Origin: a virus
DNA length: 64,000 nucleotides
Strand: one strand, 5' to 3'
IMG/VR virus record: IMGVR_UViG_3300041955_000247
Location: 1 to 64,000 of that record
A program made the translations under genes and the position numbers. Below, piece after piece: positions 30,028 to 40,254 of this stretch (position 1 is the stretch's first letter; every line of letters starts with the position of its first letter). The notes below the pieces were generated by a model. That model was not told the origin of the DNA and made no database searches. It was given only the letters and a program-made list of their open reading frames with translations.

Positions 30028-31041
30028 TCAGTCATCGTCATCGTCGGCGCTTTTGGAGCTGCTTTTACGGCGCTCCGCTAAACGCTCACGCAATGACTTC
30101 CTGGGGGCTTCACCATCAGCATCGTCGTCAGCGGCAGCCTTGCGCTTGGGCTTTTCATCCGGTTCGTCGTCATCGGCCTCTTCCTGTACCCGTGCACGGC
30201 GTGACGGCTTCTTGGGTTCGTCGTCACCCTCCGGTTCAGCACGGGCCTTGTGCTTTGGCTTTTCATCGACCTCGTCGTCATCATCAGCCACTTTGCGCTT
30301 GGGCTTCTCCTCATCCTCATCCTTGCCGCGTACCTGACCGTCAAACGCCGCGCTGATGGCGTCGGCATCATAGTATTGCAGGCAGTCAGGCACCGGGTTG
30401 TCCTTGACGAACCCAAGCCATTCATCCTGCACATCCTGATCCTCATGTAGCGGTGCGGCGTCCATCAGCTTCATGCGGCCACCGGGGTATTTGGTATTGA
30501 GGCCGCTGCCCTCCTTGTAGAAGCGCAGATCATGGCCTTCCTCAGGGTCATCCGGGTACACCACTTCCTTGGTGTCCTCATCCAGGCACAAGTTGACAAA
30601 ATCCTTGTCAACGCTGAACGGGATGTCCCAAAGCTGGGGGCCTTCGTCCTCATCCAGCCGGTCAATCACCCAAACCAGCACGCGCTGACGCGGTGCCAAT
30701 GCCTTGGCGGTGTCGTCGTCACCCTCGCGCTGAGCTTCCTTGCGGGCTGCGGCCAACGGGTCCTTGCCATACTCGCCCTCGGCATCCATTTTGCTCAGTG
30801 ACAGGTAGGATTGGTTGTCGGCGCCAATGCCATAATTGACAAAAATGTCGTAGCCGTAGTGCTTGGGCTTTTCCCATGTGGCAGGCAGGATGCGCACCAT
30901 GTTCTTGCCGTCACGCACCTTGTAGCGCTTGAATTCCTGCTTGATGTAGCTGTCAAAGCCACCGCCGCGCATATTGGCACGGGCCTTCACATCCTCACGG
31001 CTACGCTTCTGATAGTTAAAACTACGCTCACTCTTTGCCAT
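30028..31041 (-). CDS. Single-stranded DNA-binding protein (T4 gp32-like)
   Basis: VRILP, DPEEGHD, G.GLNTKY motifs; acidic C-terminus ending DDDD. Confidence 0.7.
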   Translation of the reverse strand: MAKSERSFNYQKRSREDVKARANMRGGGFDSYIKQEFKRYKVRDGKNMVRILPATWEKPKHYGYDIFVNYGIGADNQSYLSLSKMDAEGEYGKDPLAAARKEAQREGDDDTAKALAPRQRVLVWVIDRLDEDEGPQLWDIPFSVDKDFVNLCLDEDTKEVVYPDDPEEGHDLRFYKEGSGLNTKYPGGRMKLMDAAPLHEDQDVQDEWLGFVKDNPVPDCLQYYDADAISAAFDGQVRGKDEDEEKPKRKVADDDDEVDEKPKHKARAEPEGDDEPKKPSRRARVQEEADDDEPDEKPKRKAAADDDADGEAPRKSLRERLAERRKSSSKSADDDDD

Positions 31042-31183
31042 TGCTGGCTCCTTTCAGTTTATCCACAAGTTCGTTGATGTAGCCACGTTTGGCCTTGAAA
31101 TAGGTGCCAATGATGGCCTTGCACGTCAAGAACAGGATCAACGCGCCAATCAGCACGGGTGATAGGTAGTGCAGGAAAATCAT
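31028..31183 (-). CDS. Small membrane protein (51 aa)
   Basis: Read by hand: MIFLHYLSPVLIGALILFLTCKAIIGTYFKAKR...; fills gap. Confidence 0.5.
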   Translation of the reverse strand: MIFLHYLSPVLIGALILFLTCKAIIGTYFKAKRGYINELVDKLKGASNGKE

Positions 31184-31656
31184 CGCCGTTCGCGTGCCTC
31201 AGCTATGCGTTGTCTACCCTTACTATACGTCGCGCGGTTGGTCTCACCCGTGCCGCGAACTGATGCTTCTTCAAAGTAGTTCGCGTTGTATAGGCCGCAA
31301 AGATCACGAATCATGAAGCCTCGTGACACAAAGGCTTCCTTGAGGGCCAGCAGCAGGTCGGCCTGCTTCTTGGCGTCAAGGTATTTGAGGGTGGCAATTT
31401 CATGTGTCTTATTTGACTGCACTTCGGTTTTGATCATGGCCTCGGTGTATTTGCTGTCACCGTAATCCATGCGAATCTTGTTATCCAGCTTGGCATCAAC
31501 CGTGGCCAATTGCTCCTTGAGCATGTCGCGCTCGGCGGCAGCCTGTACAAAAGCTTCGCTGATTTGAAAGAGCAGCATGGGCTGCTCTTCCAGTTCTTGG
31601 TCCAGCGCGTGCTTGTCAATTTTCAAATACGCGCGGAATTCAGCAACATCAACCAC
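31180..31656 (-). CDS. UvsY-like recombination mediator
   Basis: LKID...LD.E...QP; helical; YTEAMIK; lies near RecA and SSB; likely GTG 31656. Confidence 0.55.
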   Translation of the reverse strand: MVDVAEFRAYLKIDKHALDQELEEQPMLLFQISEAFVQAAAERDMLKEQLATVDAKLDNKIRMDYGDSKYTEAMIKTEVQSNKTHEIATLKYLDAKKQADLLLALKEAFVSRGFMIRDLCGLYNANYFEEASVRGTGETNRATYSKGRQRIAEARERR

Positions 31657-31975
31657 GGTTGTCGCCCAAGGCCCCTTCGATGCGGGTGGCTTGCTCACCA
31701 ATGGCCCCAATGAGCATTGATTGCTCACGTGCGCGGCGCATGAGGCTCATGGTAAGACTGGCTGATGGTGCTTCCGGTTGCCCGGCTTTTTCAACGCCCT
31801 CAGGGCGTGACCCCAACAGGCGGTCGCCAAGGGTCGTAAGGTGCTGGAGAATTTCGTAGAGTCTTTTGTTGTGTACGTCTAGTTCTGCCAGATGGCTCCC
31901 GATTGTAGTGTTAGTTGCACTGGCTTGGGCAAGCTGCTTGGCGTTGCTTGAGGCACCATATGTCGCTTCACTCAT
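31649..31975 (-). CDS. Hypothetical protein
   Basis: 108 aa in operon. Confidence 0.55.
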   Translation of the reverse strand: MSEATYGASSNAKQLAQASATNTTIGSHLAELDVHNKRLYEILQHLTTLGDRLLGSRPEGVEKAGQPEAPSASLTMSLMRRAREQSMLIGAIGEQATRIEGALGDNRG

Positions 31976-31977
31976 TC

Positions 31978-32934
31978 CTAACCTCCGTTTTGATCCAAGT
32001 TGAGCGCCATGCCAATGGACATCAGCAAGGGTCCCATCTTGTCGGATTGATTATACGTCCGTGAGAACGCCTCAAGCAACCCAAGCAGTGGTGCGGCTTT
32101 GGCATCACCCTTGGTACCCATGAGAACCACATTCAGGTAGTTTACAACACCTATTCGCACGCTTTCGGCTTCAACGTCACCCATGGCCTTGACCAGCTTC
32201 ATGGCCTCAGCCCAGGTGCGCCCGCGCTGACCCAAGAGGAACCTGCATAAATCGATAACTTCCTTGGATTGGGCCGCGCTGCGCATGGCTGCGCGTGCCT
32301 CACCGGCTGTCTCACAATAGGAACAGGCTTCAAGGTAAACCAGCAGTTGACGTGGTGATCCCCCACACTCTTCAATGATGGCTTCTGCCACGTCATTGCT
32401 GATATCTATATTCTCAGCGGCAATAACCCGATCCAACAATTCCAACAGGTCTTCCTCAATGACCGGCTTCAGGTCGTAGCGCAGGCATCTGGTTCGAACA
32501 GTTTTTGGTATTTTGTCCGGATTGGTGGAACACAGCATCCAGTAAACGTGGGCTGGCGGTTCCTCCATGGGCTTCAGCAGCACGTCCCAAGCTGACCCTG
32601 AGAGCCTGTGACATTCATCAAGGATGATGGCCTTTACGGGTGACTGACCAATGGCACGGTACAGGCTGTGCTCTATGACTGTTCGCATGGCAGCCACACC
32701 GGTGTCGTCGGCAGCGGGGACTTCCTTGATATTGGCCACAGTACCTTGGGCACCCGCAAAGGTATTAGCAAGAATGCGAGCCAATGTAGTCTTGCCAGTG
32801 CCTGAAGGGCCTGAGAATAGAAAGCTGTGGGCGCGGTTGTCCTTAATCACCCGTTTGAGTGATTTGACCACGGCTTCTTGACCAACCACTTCCTCAAATT
32901 TCGAGGGGCGATATTTCACATGAAGACTTGCCAT
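31978..32934 (-). CDS. dnaX: Clamp loader ATPase (DNA pol III gamma/tau-like)
   Basis: KYRP..FEEVVGQE, GPSGTGKTT, DECHRLS, TRC. Confidence 0.9.
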   Translation of the reverse strand: MASLHVKYRPSKFEEVVGQEAVVKSLKRVIKDNRAHSFLFSGPSGTGKTTLARILANTFAGAQGTVANIKEVPAADDTGVAAMRTVIEHSLYRAIGQSPVKAIILDECHRLSGSAWDVLLKPMEEPPAHVYWMLCSTNPDKIPKTVRTRCLRYDLKPVIEEDLLELLDRVIAAENIDISNDVAEAIIEECGGSPRQLLVYLEACSYCETAGEARAAMRSAAQSKEVIDLCRFLLGQRGRTWAEAMKLVKAMGDVEAESVRIGVVNYLNVVLMGTKGDAKAAPLLGLLEAFSRTYNQSDKMGPLLMSIGMALNLDQNGG

Positions 32935-33505
32935 GATTACCCTTAAGGCTGCGGATCAATTGCTCACGTAGGACAATGCCGGATGCTACAAACGGCCATC
33001 CTTTGTATTTCTCTTCAATCCATGATTTATAGCGTTCAATTGAGTGGTCATAAGCATTTGCATGTGTCAGCGTGAACGTACCTTGCAGGAAGTCCCGTTC
33101 AAATGCTTGGGTGTATAGAAGTTGTGCACCATCAAAAGCTATTTGGCACAATCCATAATCGAATTTGCTAATTAGATCAAATGGTGTTTGAACATCTTGA
33201 ACGCCTATGATTTGCAGTGGCGGCTTGCCTTCCTCGGAGCGTTCAATCACATAGTCTATCTGGTAGACAGGCGAAAATTGTTGATACTGTTTCTCGTGCC
33301 AAGCACCCCATCCTAGGGCTCTTTTGATCTTGTCTGTCATAAATAGGTTCTTTGACAGGATGAAAATATCAATGTCCTTGGGTTGTTTTGCACAGTACAA
33401 ATCACGCAGACAACCCCCGGCTAGTACCGCCTCAAAGCCAGCCATGCGCAAGCACTCAACGTCAAGCAGCCATTGGTGTGGAAGCTTATTTGGGCGTAGG
33501 TGCAT
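32894..33505 (-). CDS. Nucleotidyltransferase (CCA / poly(A) polymerase head-like)
   Basis: AGGCLRD...KDIDIF, FDYGLCQ; likely ATG 33505. Confidence 0.75.
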   Translation of the reverse strand: MHLRPNKLPHQWLLDVECLRMAGFEAVLAGGCLRDLYCAKQPKDIDIFILSKNLFMTDKIKRALGWGAWHEKQYQQFSPVYQIDYVIERSEEGKPPLQIIGVQDVQTPFDLISKFDYGLCQIAFDGAQLLYTQAFERDFLQGTFTLTHANAYDHSIERYKSWIEEKYKGWPFVASGIVLREQLIRSLKGNHGKSSCEISPLEI

Positions 33506-33671
33506 CGGTGAAGTGCCTTTTGATGTTGCTAGGAAGTTCGTCAAAGGCTTCTTTGGTTTTGAAAAGGATGCCGTGCTGGGTGGCAATGTAGAAGTTATTG
33601 CATTTCATCAAGATTGCACACAGTTCCGGAGCGGTGATGTCGGGCTGCGGGGATAGGTATTTCTTATACAC
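33486..33671 (-). CDS. Hypothetical protein
   Basis: Likely GTG 33671; PQPDITAPEL. Confidence 0.45.
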   Translation of the reverse strand: MYKKYLSPQPDITAPELCAILMKCNNFYIATQHGILFKTKEAFDELPSNIKRHFTDAPTPK

Positions 33672-33672
33672 G

Positions 33673-33876
33673 TTATTTTTGCCCCATTTCCTGTGCCGGG
33701 TCTTTTGGCAGGTCATCCAGCACGTCAATAGTCTCAAGGCTGATGGATTGTCCTTGCTCCCTGCCGACTAGCCGCCCTGCGGCATAGCGGGCATTTTCCT
33801 CTGAAAAGTAAGCTCCCAAACGGCTTTTTTGGTTGACAAGATTAACACCTACAACGATGTAAAGCTTGTGTTTCAT
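33673..33876 (-). CDS. Hypothetical protein
   Basis: 67 aa, coupled to polymerase stop. Confidence 0.5.
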   Translation of the reverse strand: MKHKLYIVVGVNLVNQKSRLGAYFSEENARYAAGRLVGREQGQSISLETIDVLDDLPKDPAQEMGQK

Positions 33877-36557
33877 GATACGTCCTTGTGCGACCAGAAT
33901 TTACCAATCTCTTCCATCCCGAACCAATGCTTGCCCACTGAGCATGAGACGGACAGGGGCACGTTGATGAAGTCATAGTCCGGTGTGAGCATGACTGAAT
34001 ATACGTCCTTGATTGTGGCTTCCAAGGTCTTGTCGTCATCAGGCACCATCAGGGTCAGGTCGTCATGAATATTTAGAATAGGGTGCAGGTACCATTTGCC
34101 TTCTTCTGCCGCCAGTTCGGACAGGGTGTTCATGGAACGGCACACGATGTCGCAGGCTACTGATTGAATGGGATCATTGATGGCCTGATTGCGCGTCATG
34201 GGGTAGTGACGCCTCCGCCCGGTGGGGCTTTGGACATAGCCCTTTTCCCAGTAGCCTTCCATTAGCTTATTCTGCCATTCGTAGAGGCCATGAAAGGTTC
34301 GCCAAAACTCACGCATCAGCTTGTCAATGATCTCAACCGGTATGCCCAAGTAGCCCGCAATGGAAGTGTTCTGCGCACCAAAAATGGCTGGGAATGTCAG
34401 CTTGTTCTTAATCTTTGATCTAAACTTCTTCATCACGTCTTTGTCAGTCAGGTACTTCTTGCCACCAATGATCTCAGGGTACAGGTGAGCGGTCTTTTGC
34501 GCCCACTCCATATGAATATCGTAATCCTCCCAAAGCGCCTTGATCAGCACCTTGTCCTTGGAACACATGGCGGCGGTGCAGCCCTCTAGCTGTCCGTAGT
34601 CAAAGGCCAGCAGCGTATAACCGTCAGGGGCTACTATTTGGTTCCTCACCCAGGCATCGTTGCGCTGGGGGAAGTTCTGCATGTTGGGATCATCACTGCT
34701 GGTGCGGCCGGTTTCAGCAAAGGTACAATTGAAATTGCAATGGATCAGCCCATCGGGGTAGATCATTTTGCCTTTGCCAAGCTCCAGGCCGTCAACGTAG
34801 GTGGACAAAAGCTTGGCGCGGTTGCGGTACTGGATCACCAAATCAGCAAGTGGGTGGTCAATTTGGCTGAGGACATTTTTGTCAACTGAGAACTTGCCGG
34901 TTCGGTCATCGTCGAAGCGGCGCTTGCTGTCTGACGATTTGTTGAAATCATGGGCTTCGTAGCCCTCACGCTCAACCTCGACTTCCGGCCGTTTCAGGTA
35001 ATCCTTGAAGATCTCAAGAACCTGCCGGTCATTGGAAGCCGCGAACTCACCGTGATCCTTCACATAGGCTTTGACCACCTTCAGCCCGGCTATATCAGCC
35101 TCAATCTGCTTGATCTCAGGTTTCAGCTTGTTCTGGGCCTTTTTGACCTCTGCTTGATCTACCGGCACACCCAGGAACTGCATCATGGCCACGCTGGTTT
35201 GCCGTGGCAGAGCTTCCCGGTAGGCGTCATACAGGCCAAAGCGCTTGAGAAGCTTGGTCTGGTAGTGGTGCAGCCGCAGCGTGACCTTGGTGTCCACTGC
35301 ATTGTAGATCAGTGTCTCAGCAAGATCGGATTTTGACATATCCTTCTTGTCAAGCTTGAACATCGACTTATAGGTAAAGCCAAAATGCTGCTTCAGCAGG
35401 AAGTCCAACGCCTGATAGGCGGCGCGACGATCACTCTCCTCGTTGCTGCGTGACTTGCCCCGGCGCTCATCCAGGAAGTGGGCCTCCATCTGGGTGCAGT
35501 GCCAGTTGTGGTGCTGAAGCACGTCACGGCCCAGGTACCAGATCATCCACTCAACTTCGAACGGTGCATTATGGGCTATTTTGGTCGTATTCGTAGTGAG
35601 GGCAGCTTTGAGAGCCGCTTTGAGGGCGGTTTTTTGCTTGACCGTCCAACCGGCCTTTGGGTGGTCGAGTGCAAAGCTGAAATTGACGCTGCCGAAGCTA
35701 AAGGCGGCAGACATGATCGCGGCATCGGGCTTATATGGCCGTAATCCTTTGGTTTCAATGTCAAAGGCTTTTTCTTTGGCTTTTCCGGCCTGTTCAAGTA
35801 GGTATTGCACTCGATCAAAGGAATGTGGCCCCTCAAAGGTTTCAACATTGGCCCTAAGTTCCTTTTCGTCATCTATTTGTGGTTCCTCAAGCCATTCTAG
35901 GGCATCAAACGCTTTGCGTATGTCCATCCTGAAGCAGTGACCCATCATTGAGTTGAGGGGCTTGCGCTTGTCACGTGCTATGTGCAGCAGGAACGACGGA
36001 TGATAAGTTGGCATGAACCAGCAGGTGTGTTCGCCAAATTTGACGGCAAAGAACCTGCCGCGCATGCCCTTCAGGTCACCGCTGCCAAGCATGGCCTGCA
36101 ACGGCACCGCGCCCAGACCTACGATCAGCCGTGGCTTGACTTCCTGAATGTATTTCAGTCGGCGGGGCCTACAACACTCGATTTCAACCCAGGTGGGGGT
36201 TCGGTTTTTTGGTGGGTGGCAGTTCGCGACATTATCAAAGCTGCAAGGGCCATGGCCGTCAGGTATGCACTCACGAAGAATAGCACCAGACGGACCGGTG
36301 AGCGGCTTTCCCGTATTTTCATCTTCATCCCTCTCAGGGGCTTCAGCCAAGAAGTAGATCTCACCCCCTTTGGCCAAGGTGGGGACCATGTAGGGGGTTT
36401 GAATACCCGGCTGCTTGTTCAAAGGGCATGCTTTGCAGCCAAGCCTAGCAAGCGCCTGAGCGCTGTGTTTTGCAGCCCCGCTAGGGGTATAGCCTGCTGA
36501 TTTTGCCTTACCAGTGACCGCGCCACGGGCAGGCTGCTTGGTGAAGAAAAAACTGAT
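33873..36557 (-). CDS. polA: Family A DNA polymerase with N-terminal uracil-DNA-glycosylase-like and 3'-5' exonuclease domains; probable ATC start
   Basis: CKACPL / EAP / HPS (UDG-4-like); DIET / HNAPFE / YNAVD (exo); TGRTSS, DYGQLE, R..IK...F, IHDD (Pol A). Confidence 0.9.
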   Translation of the reverse strand: MSFFFTKQPARGAVTGKAKSAGYTPSGAAKHSAQALARLGCKACPLNKQPGIQTPYMVPTLAKGGEIYFLAEAPERDEDENTGKPLTGPSGAILRECIPDGHGPCSFDNVANCHPPKNRTPTWVEIECCRPRRLKYIQEVKPRLIVGLGAVPLQAMLGSGDLKGMRGRFFAVKFGEHTCWFMPTYHPSFLLHIARDKRKPLNSMMGHCFRMDIRKAFDALEWLEEPQIDDEKELRANVETFEGPHSFDRVQYLLEQAGKAKEKAFDIETKGLRPYKPDAAIMSAAFSFGSVNFSFALDHPKAGWTVKQKTALKAALKAALTTNTTKIAHNAPFEVEWMIWYLGRDVLQHHNWHCTQMEAHFLDERRGKSRSNEESDRRAAYQALDFLLKQHFGFTYKSMFKLDKKDMSKSDLAETLIYNAVDTKVTLRLHHYQTKLLKRFGLYDAYREALPRQTSVAMMQFLGVPVDQAEVKKAQNKLKPEIKQIEADIAGLKVVKAYVKDHGEFAASNDRQVLEIFKDYLKRPEVEVEREGYEAHDFNKSSDSKRRFDDDRTGKFSVDKNVLSQIDHPLADLVIQYRNRAKLLSTYVDGLELGKGKMIYPDGLIHCNFNCTFAETGRTSSDDPNMQNFPQRNDAWVRNQIVAPDGYTLLAFDYGQLEGCTAAMCSKDKVLIKALWEDYDIHMEWAQKTAHLYPEIIGGKKYLTDKDVMKKFRSKIKNKLTFPAIFGAQNTSIAGYLGIPVEIIDKLMREFWRTFHGLYEWQNKLMEGYWEKGYVQSPTGRRRHYPMTRNQAINDPIQSVACDIVCRSMNTLSELAAEEGKWYLHPILNIHDDLTLMVPDDDKTLEATIKDVYSVMLTPDYDFINVPLSVSCSVGKHWFGMEEIGKFWSHKDVS

Positions 36558-36566
36558 TTGAACCCC

Positions 36567-36983
36567 CTAAGCAGCCTTGGTTAGTGAGGCGTTGAATTCC
36601 TCAGGTGTCACGCCGTAAGGCATCAAGGTGAGGGCCAGTAACTTGGCATGGTTTTCGTTGTCGATGAAATATCCAATTTTGTACACAGTACTTATATGAA
36701 CGCCAAATCTGCCGAGACGTTGCCGTATCTTGCAAATGAAAACATCTACCGAACCACGCCCAGGCTGGTCAACTTCCGGCCTTAACCCATAGAGGTACTG
36801 CCACAAAACTTCTTTGGTAAGAACCCTGTTTTTGTGCTTGATAAAAACAGCAAGCAGAAGAGCTGCCTTGGGTGGTAAGTGAAAAGGCCAATGGTGTGCA
36901 GTGATACTCAATTCACGATTGATGTTGTTTATGTAGAATTCTAGTTCTTCAACGCGGGCGCGCAGGCGTTCAAGTTCGTCCAT
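36567..36983 (-). CDS. Stand-alone OmpR/PhoB-type winged helix, CtrA-like
   Basis: LTKE.L..YLYG...P....VDVFICKIRQRL...ISTVYKIGY; no receiver domain. Confidence 0.8.
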   Translation of the reverse strand: MDELERLRARVEELEFYINNINRELSITAHHWPFHLPPKAALLLAVFIKHKNRVLTKEVLWQYLYGLRPEVDQPGRGSVDVFICKIRQRLGRFGVHISTVYKIGYFIDNENHAKLLALTLMPYGVTPEEFNASLTKAA

Positions 36984-36986
36984 GGC

Positions 36987-38024
36987 TCACCCCATGTTGC
37001 TGACGACCATGTACAGCTCTTCACCCTTGCGGTACACGGTGCAGCGCTCAAGTATAGCCATTTCGTCACAAAGGCCAATAGCCCGTTGCACCATGGTGGC
37101 GGAGACATTGGCGGTGACCTGTTCTTGCCCTTTGGGGTAGGGCAACACGTCCTTGATCAGCCCCATTTGGGCATCAGTGGTCAGCCGCAAGCCGTTGTCC
37201 ACGTCAAGCACGGTTTTGGCGCTTTCAGGGTCAGCCACCACACGGGCGCGTGACAGGGCATGATCCAGCCCCTTGGGTACCGGCACAAAGCTGGGTTCAC
37301 CCTTGACGGTTTTGGTAATCAGTTCTTCATAGTCAACCGGATCGGTAGCCTCAATCAGCCGGCCATAAATTTGGTAGCCGGTGGTTAAACTGGCATACAC
37401 CCATTCCTCATTACAAAACAGGCTGCCAATTTCAGCCTTTGTCTCCCTGAAGATTTTAACCAAGGCTTCGCAGAACACGTTGGGCATCAGACATGAAATT
37501 GAATTCTTTGTCTTTGTAGTGAAGCGGGTGAGTGCATCACCGTCACAGGAATACAGCGTCATGTACTTACCGTAGGGCTGAAGATTGACGCCAAGAAGTT
37601 TTGGCTGAGCCAGATCACGCGAACTGGTCATCAAACAGGCTTCCATTCCTTCAAGGAAGGATGCATCAATTGCCACGTCAGCAGCATCCTTGCCAAAACT
37701 GGGCTTTGTGAAGACAAAATCTTCCTTTGGGAAGTAAGGCAGCTTGAAACGTGATTTGCCGGTTTTGACTGAAAGCTCTTGCTTGCTCTCAAGCGTGAAT
37801 TCCACTTCTTCAGCATGGCTATTCTTGAGCAGCCCCAAAAGCGTGCTGCCGTGCACCGCAAAGGCTTCAGCGGTTTTGCATGGGGCAATGATCCCAATGG
37901 TATCTGAATAGGCACTGACCGTTTTGGTATCAAAGCAATAGCAGCAAAAAAGGGGCACTAAATTGTTGGCCGCAAGGGCACCACCCACATATTCCAATAT
38001 CGTTACTAGTTCTGCGCGCTTCAT
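36987..38024 (-). CDS. dnaN: Sliding clamp (DNA pol III beta-like)
   Basis: 345 aa; L.GV, SCDG..L, GRLIE...DYEELI pattern; near DnaX and Pol. Confidence 0.7.
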   Translation of the reverse strand: MKRAELVTILEYVGGALAANNLVPLFCCYCFDTKTVSAYSDTIGIIAPCKTAEAFAVHGSTLLGLLKNSHAEEVEFTLESKQELSVKTGKSRFKLPYFPKEDFVFTKPSFGKDAADVAIDASFLEGMEACLMTSSRDLAQPKLLGVNLQPYGKYMTLYSCDGDALTRFTTKTKNSISCLMPNVFCEALVKIFRETKAEIGSLFCNEEWVYASLTTGYQIYGRLIEATDPVDYEELITKTVKGEPSFVPVPKGLDHALSRARVVADPESAKTVLDVDNGLRLTTDAQMGLIKDVLPYPKGQEQVTANVSATMVQRAIGLCDEMAILERCTVYRKGEELYMVVSNMG

Positions 38025-38299
38025 GTGCGGTCTTCCCGTGTTACCATGGACCCATATTGGTCAATCAGGATGGTCAACGCATTGTGCGCGTTCTTGGCCA
38101 TCATCATAATACGTCCCAGTGAAAAGCGGAGATCCTCAAGGTCCTGTGCCCCGGCAATTTCATAGGTGGTTATTCGTGTATTGCAGTTCGCACATACCCG
38201 ACGCCTGCGCACTGCTGGCTGCTCCTCAATATGGGCCGGGCGGCTGTCAATGATCTTCATGCCAAAGCTGCATGCCGGGCATTTGAAGCTTTCAGACAT
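38021..38299 (-). CDS. NrdR-like zinc-ribbon protein
   Basis: CPAC...IIDSRP...[16 protein letters not shown]. Confidence 0.75.
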   Translation of the reverse strand: MSESFKCPACSFGMKIIDSRPAHIEEQPAVRRRRVCANCNTRITTYEIAGAQDLEDLRFSLGRIMMMAKNAHNALTILIDQYGSMVTREDRT

Positions 38300-38302
38300 T
38301 GG

Positions 38303-39265
38303 CTACTCCGGTGTCTTGAATATGAGCAGTCTTTCATGGATAGGAACCAGCTTCTTATTACGCCAGCTATTGGTAGAGCGGATCGCTGCTGATCCCCAGT
38401 TGCGGCTAAGTATAATATCTTGATAGAAAAGAAATCCAACCTCTTTGAAATTCTCAATAGTGTGGCCGGGGAAATCGATCAACTCACCTTTTTTGTCACG
38501 AAAGTTTCCGACTACCATGCAAACAAAGCTGCCGGACTTCATTAGTTTTCGGTGAGCCAAAGCGGTAGAATACATTGCGAAGTTGAATTGTCCGTAGGTT
38601 CGAAGGTTGCTGAGGTCGTCGGGTCTGTCACTATACTTTTCAAGGTCGAAGTACGGCGGGCAAGACAAGGCAACATCAAATAGTCCAATTTCCTCCGCTT
38701 CCTGTAAATAGCGCCCATCACCACAGATATAACGCGCCCCTTCAAGGCTGAGTTCCTTGAGTACCCTGGTATTCTCATCTATTTGCTCCTGACGAATTTC
38801 GAAGCCCACATATTGATACCCCATAATAGTAGAGACAAGGCCGCGTGGGGGGCCACCCGCAAAAGCATCAAGTACCCGACCACCAGCATCACCACCATAA
38901 CGCAACAAAATCCATTCAACCAAAGGAGCAGCGAAAACACTGTGTGTTCCAGTATAAGAGCTGTCATGATCTGCCCTCATGGTCTCTGAGCGCTCACCGT
39001 CATGGCCGGTTTCGCCGGTTAAGCGCCGCCAATCACGCACGCTGCGCTTGATGATTTCATCCACGCGCCAGACCGAAGTGGTTGTCATGAACCACGATTT
39101 GCCCGCAGGTGGCCTTGTGTAGGCTTGCTGCGGGGTCAGCAGCAGCGGGCGTGACCGGTAAAGTGTCCTTCCCCCTGATTTAGTTTTGTAGAGCACTTTT
39201 GGGTGCCTGTTCCTTGGCTTTGTGATCCGCCTGCACCTTGGCCATGGTGGCAAGGAATGGCTCAA
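38303..39265 (-). CDS. DNA methyltransferase (N4/N6 type); start uncertain
   Basis: LDAFAGG (motif I) before SCPPY (motif IV). Confidence 0.8.
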   Translation of the reverse strand: MSHSLPPWPRCRRITKPRNRHPKVLYKTKSGGRTLYRSRPLLLTPQQAYTRPPAGKSWFMTTTSVWRVDEIIKRSVRDWRRLTGETGHDGERSETMRADHDSSYTGTHSVFAAPLVEWILLRYGGDAGGRVLDAFAGGPPRGLVSTIMGYQYVGFEIRQEQIDENTRVLKELSLEGARYICGDGRYLQEAEEIGLFDVALSCPPYFDLEKYSDRPDDLSNLRTYGQFNFAMYSTALAHRKLMKSGSFVCMVVGNFRDKKGELIDFPGHTIENFKEVGFLFYQDIILSRNWGSAAIRSTNSWRNKKLVPIHERLLIFKTPE

Positions 39266-39443
39266 TCATGGAAGCCGGTATGAACACCGCTACCCGGTGA
39301 GTGGGCGGTTCCCCGGCCATCAATGACTGTTCCCCAAAGGTCAGGCGCAGCCCCATATTGCTCAAGTTGAATTCTATGTTGTTGCAGTAGGTAGCCTGCA
39401 ACTTCATGATGGCCGCATTCTTGCTCTTGGTGTGGTCACTCAT
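39180..39443 (-). CDS. Hypothetical protein
   Basis: 87 aa, coupled to upstream gene. Confidence 0.55.
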   Translation of the reverse strand: MSDHTKSKNAAIMKLQATYCNNIEFNLSNMGLRLTFGEQSLMAGEPPTHRVAVFIPASMIEPFLATMAKVQADHKAKEQAPKSALQN

Positions 39444-40246
39444 TTCTTGCCCTTCTTGGCCAGATCCTCTTTATGGGTGATCTTGAAGATACCACCGGGG
39501 AAGCGCTCAACGTAGTGGCCCTTTCCCTCAAGTATTTTGAGGATATTGTAGAACCGGCCATCCAGCTTATCGCGTAGTTCAGCCGTGGTGCAACCCTTTT
39601 CATACATCATCACCGCGTCATGTGTCTTGGTGCCAATGTACAGCCCGTAGCGGTCCTTGGTGCCGGGTATTTCAGTGTAGTCACGCGCCTCGGTGGGACG
39701 CTTAGTGGTGCTGTTCACCTTGCCGGGGATTGACTTCCCGCCTGGGATTTTCAGCGGCTTCGGCGGTACTTCTTCAGCCGCAGCTTTTCCCTTGCTAGGT
39801 TTTTTGCTGCCAACCTTTCCTGCTTTAGCTGGAACTTTACCGGATCGGGCCTTTTTGCCCTGCGCTGCTTCCTCAGCCTCCGCGTCCGCTTCAGCCTCGG
39901 CGGCTTCGTCAGTTCCAGGATCATCCTCAGAGCTGTCACCGTCATCGGCCCCGGTGGTTTCTGTGTCGCCGTCTGTATCAGCCTCGTCACCACCTGCTTC
40001 GTCAGGTTCCTCACCTGTGTCCTGATCCGCATCTTCAAATTCCTCAATTTCAGTTTTGGCATTGAGTGCCTTGATGGCGGCTGAGACCCAGTTCGCAGCT
40101 TCGTTGCTCAGTTCGTCGAACTCAGCGTCGGTCATCTTGTTGGACAGCCGGGCCAACGCCGCCAAATGATCCTGACGGTCATCATAGCCGCTTTTGGGCG
40201 GTTTGAAGCCGCTGGCCTTGGTCAGTTCCTTCTCAATTTCACTCAT
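39440..40246 (-). CDS. Hypothetical protein with acidic and lysine-rich blocks
   Basis: AGGAG RBS; D/E block then K block. Confidence 0.65.
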   Translation of the reverse strand: MSEIEKELTKASGFKPPKSGYDDRQDHLAALARLSNKMTDAEFDELSNEAANWVSAAIKALNAKTEIEEFEDADQDTGEEPDEAGGDEADTDGDTETTGADDGDSSEDDPGTDEAAEAEADAEAEEAAQGKKARSGKVPAKAGKVGSKKPSKGKAAAEEVPPKPLKIPGGKSIPGKVNSTTKRPTEARDYTEIPGTKDRYGLYIGTKTHDAVMMYEKGCTTAELRDKLDGRFYNILKILEGKGHYVERFPGGIFKITHKEDLAKKGKK

Positions 40247-40254
40247 GGTTGCTC

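Noticed and set aside
16166-36569. Genome-wide TAG recoding to explain the two odd starts
   Set aside because: Many clear genes end at TAG with the next gene starting immediately; in-frame TAGs are explained by TAGG(A/G)GG RBS geometry.
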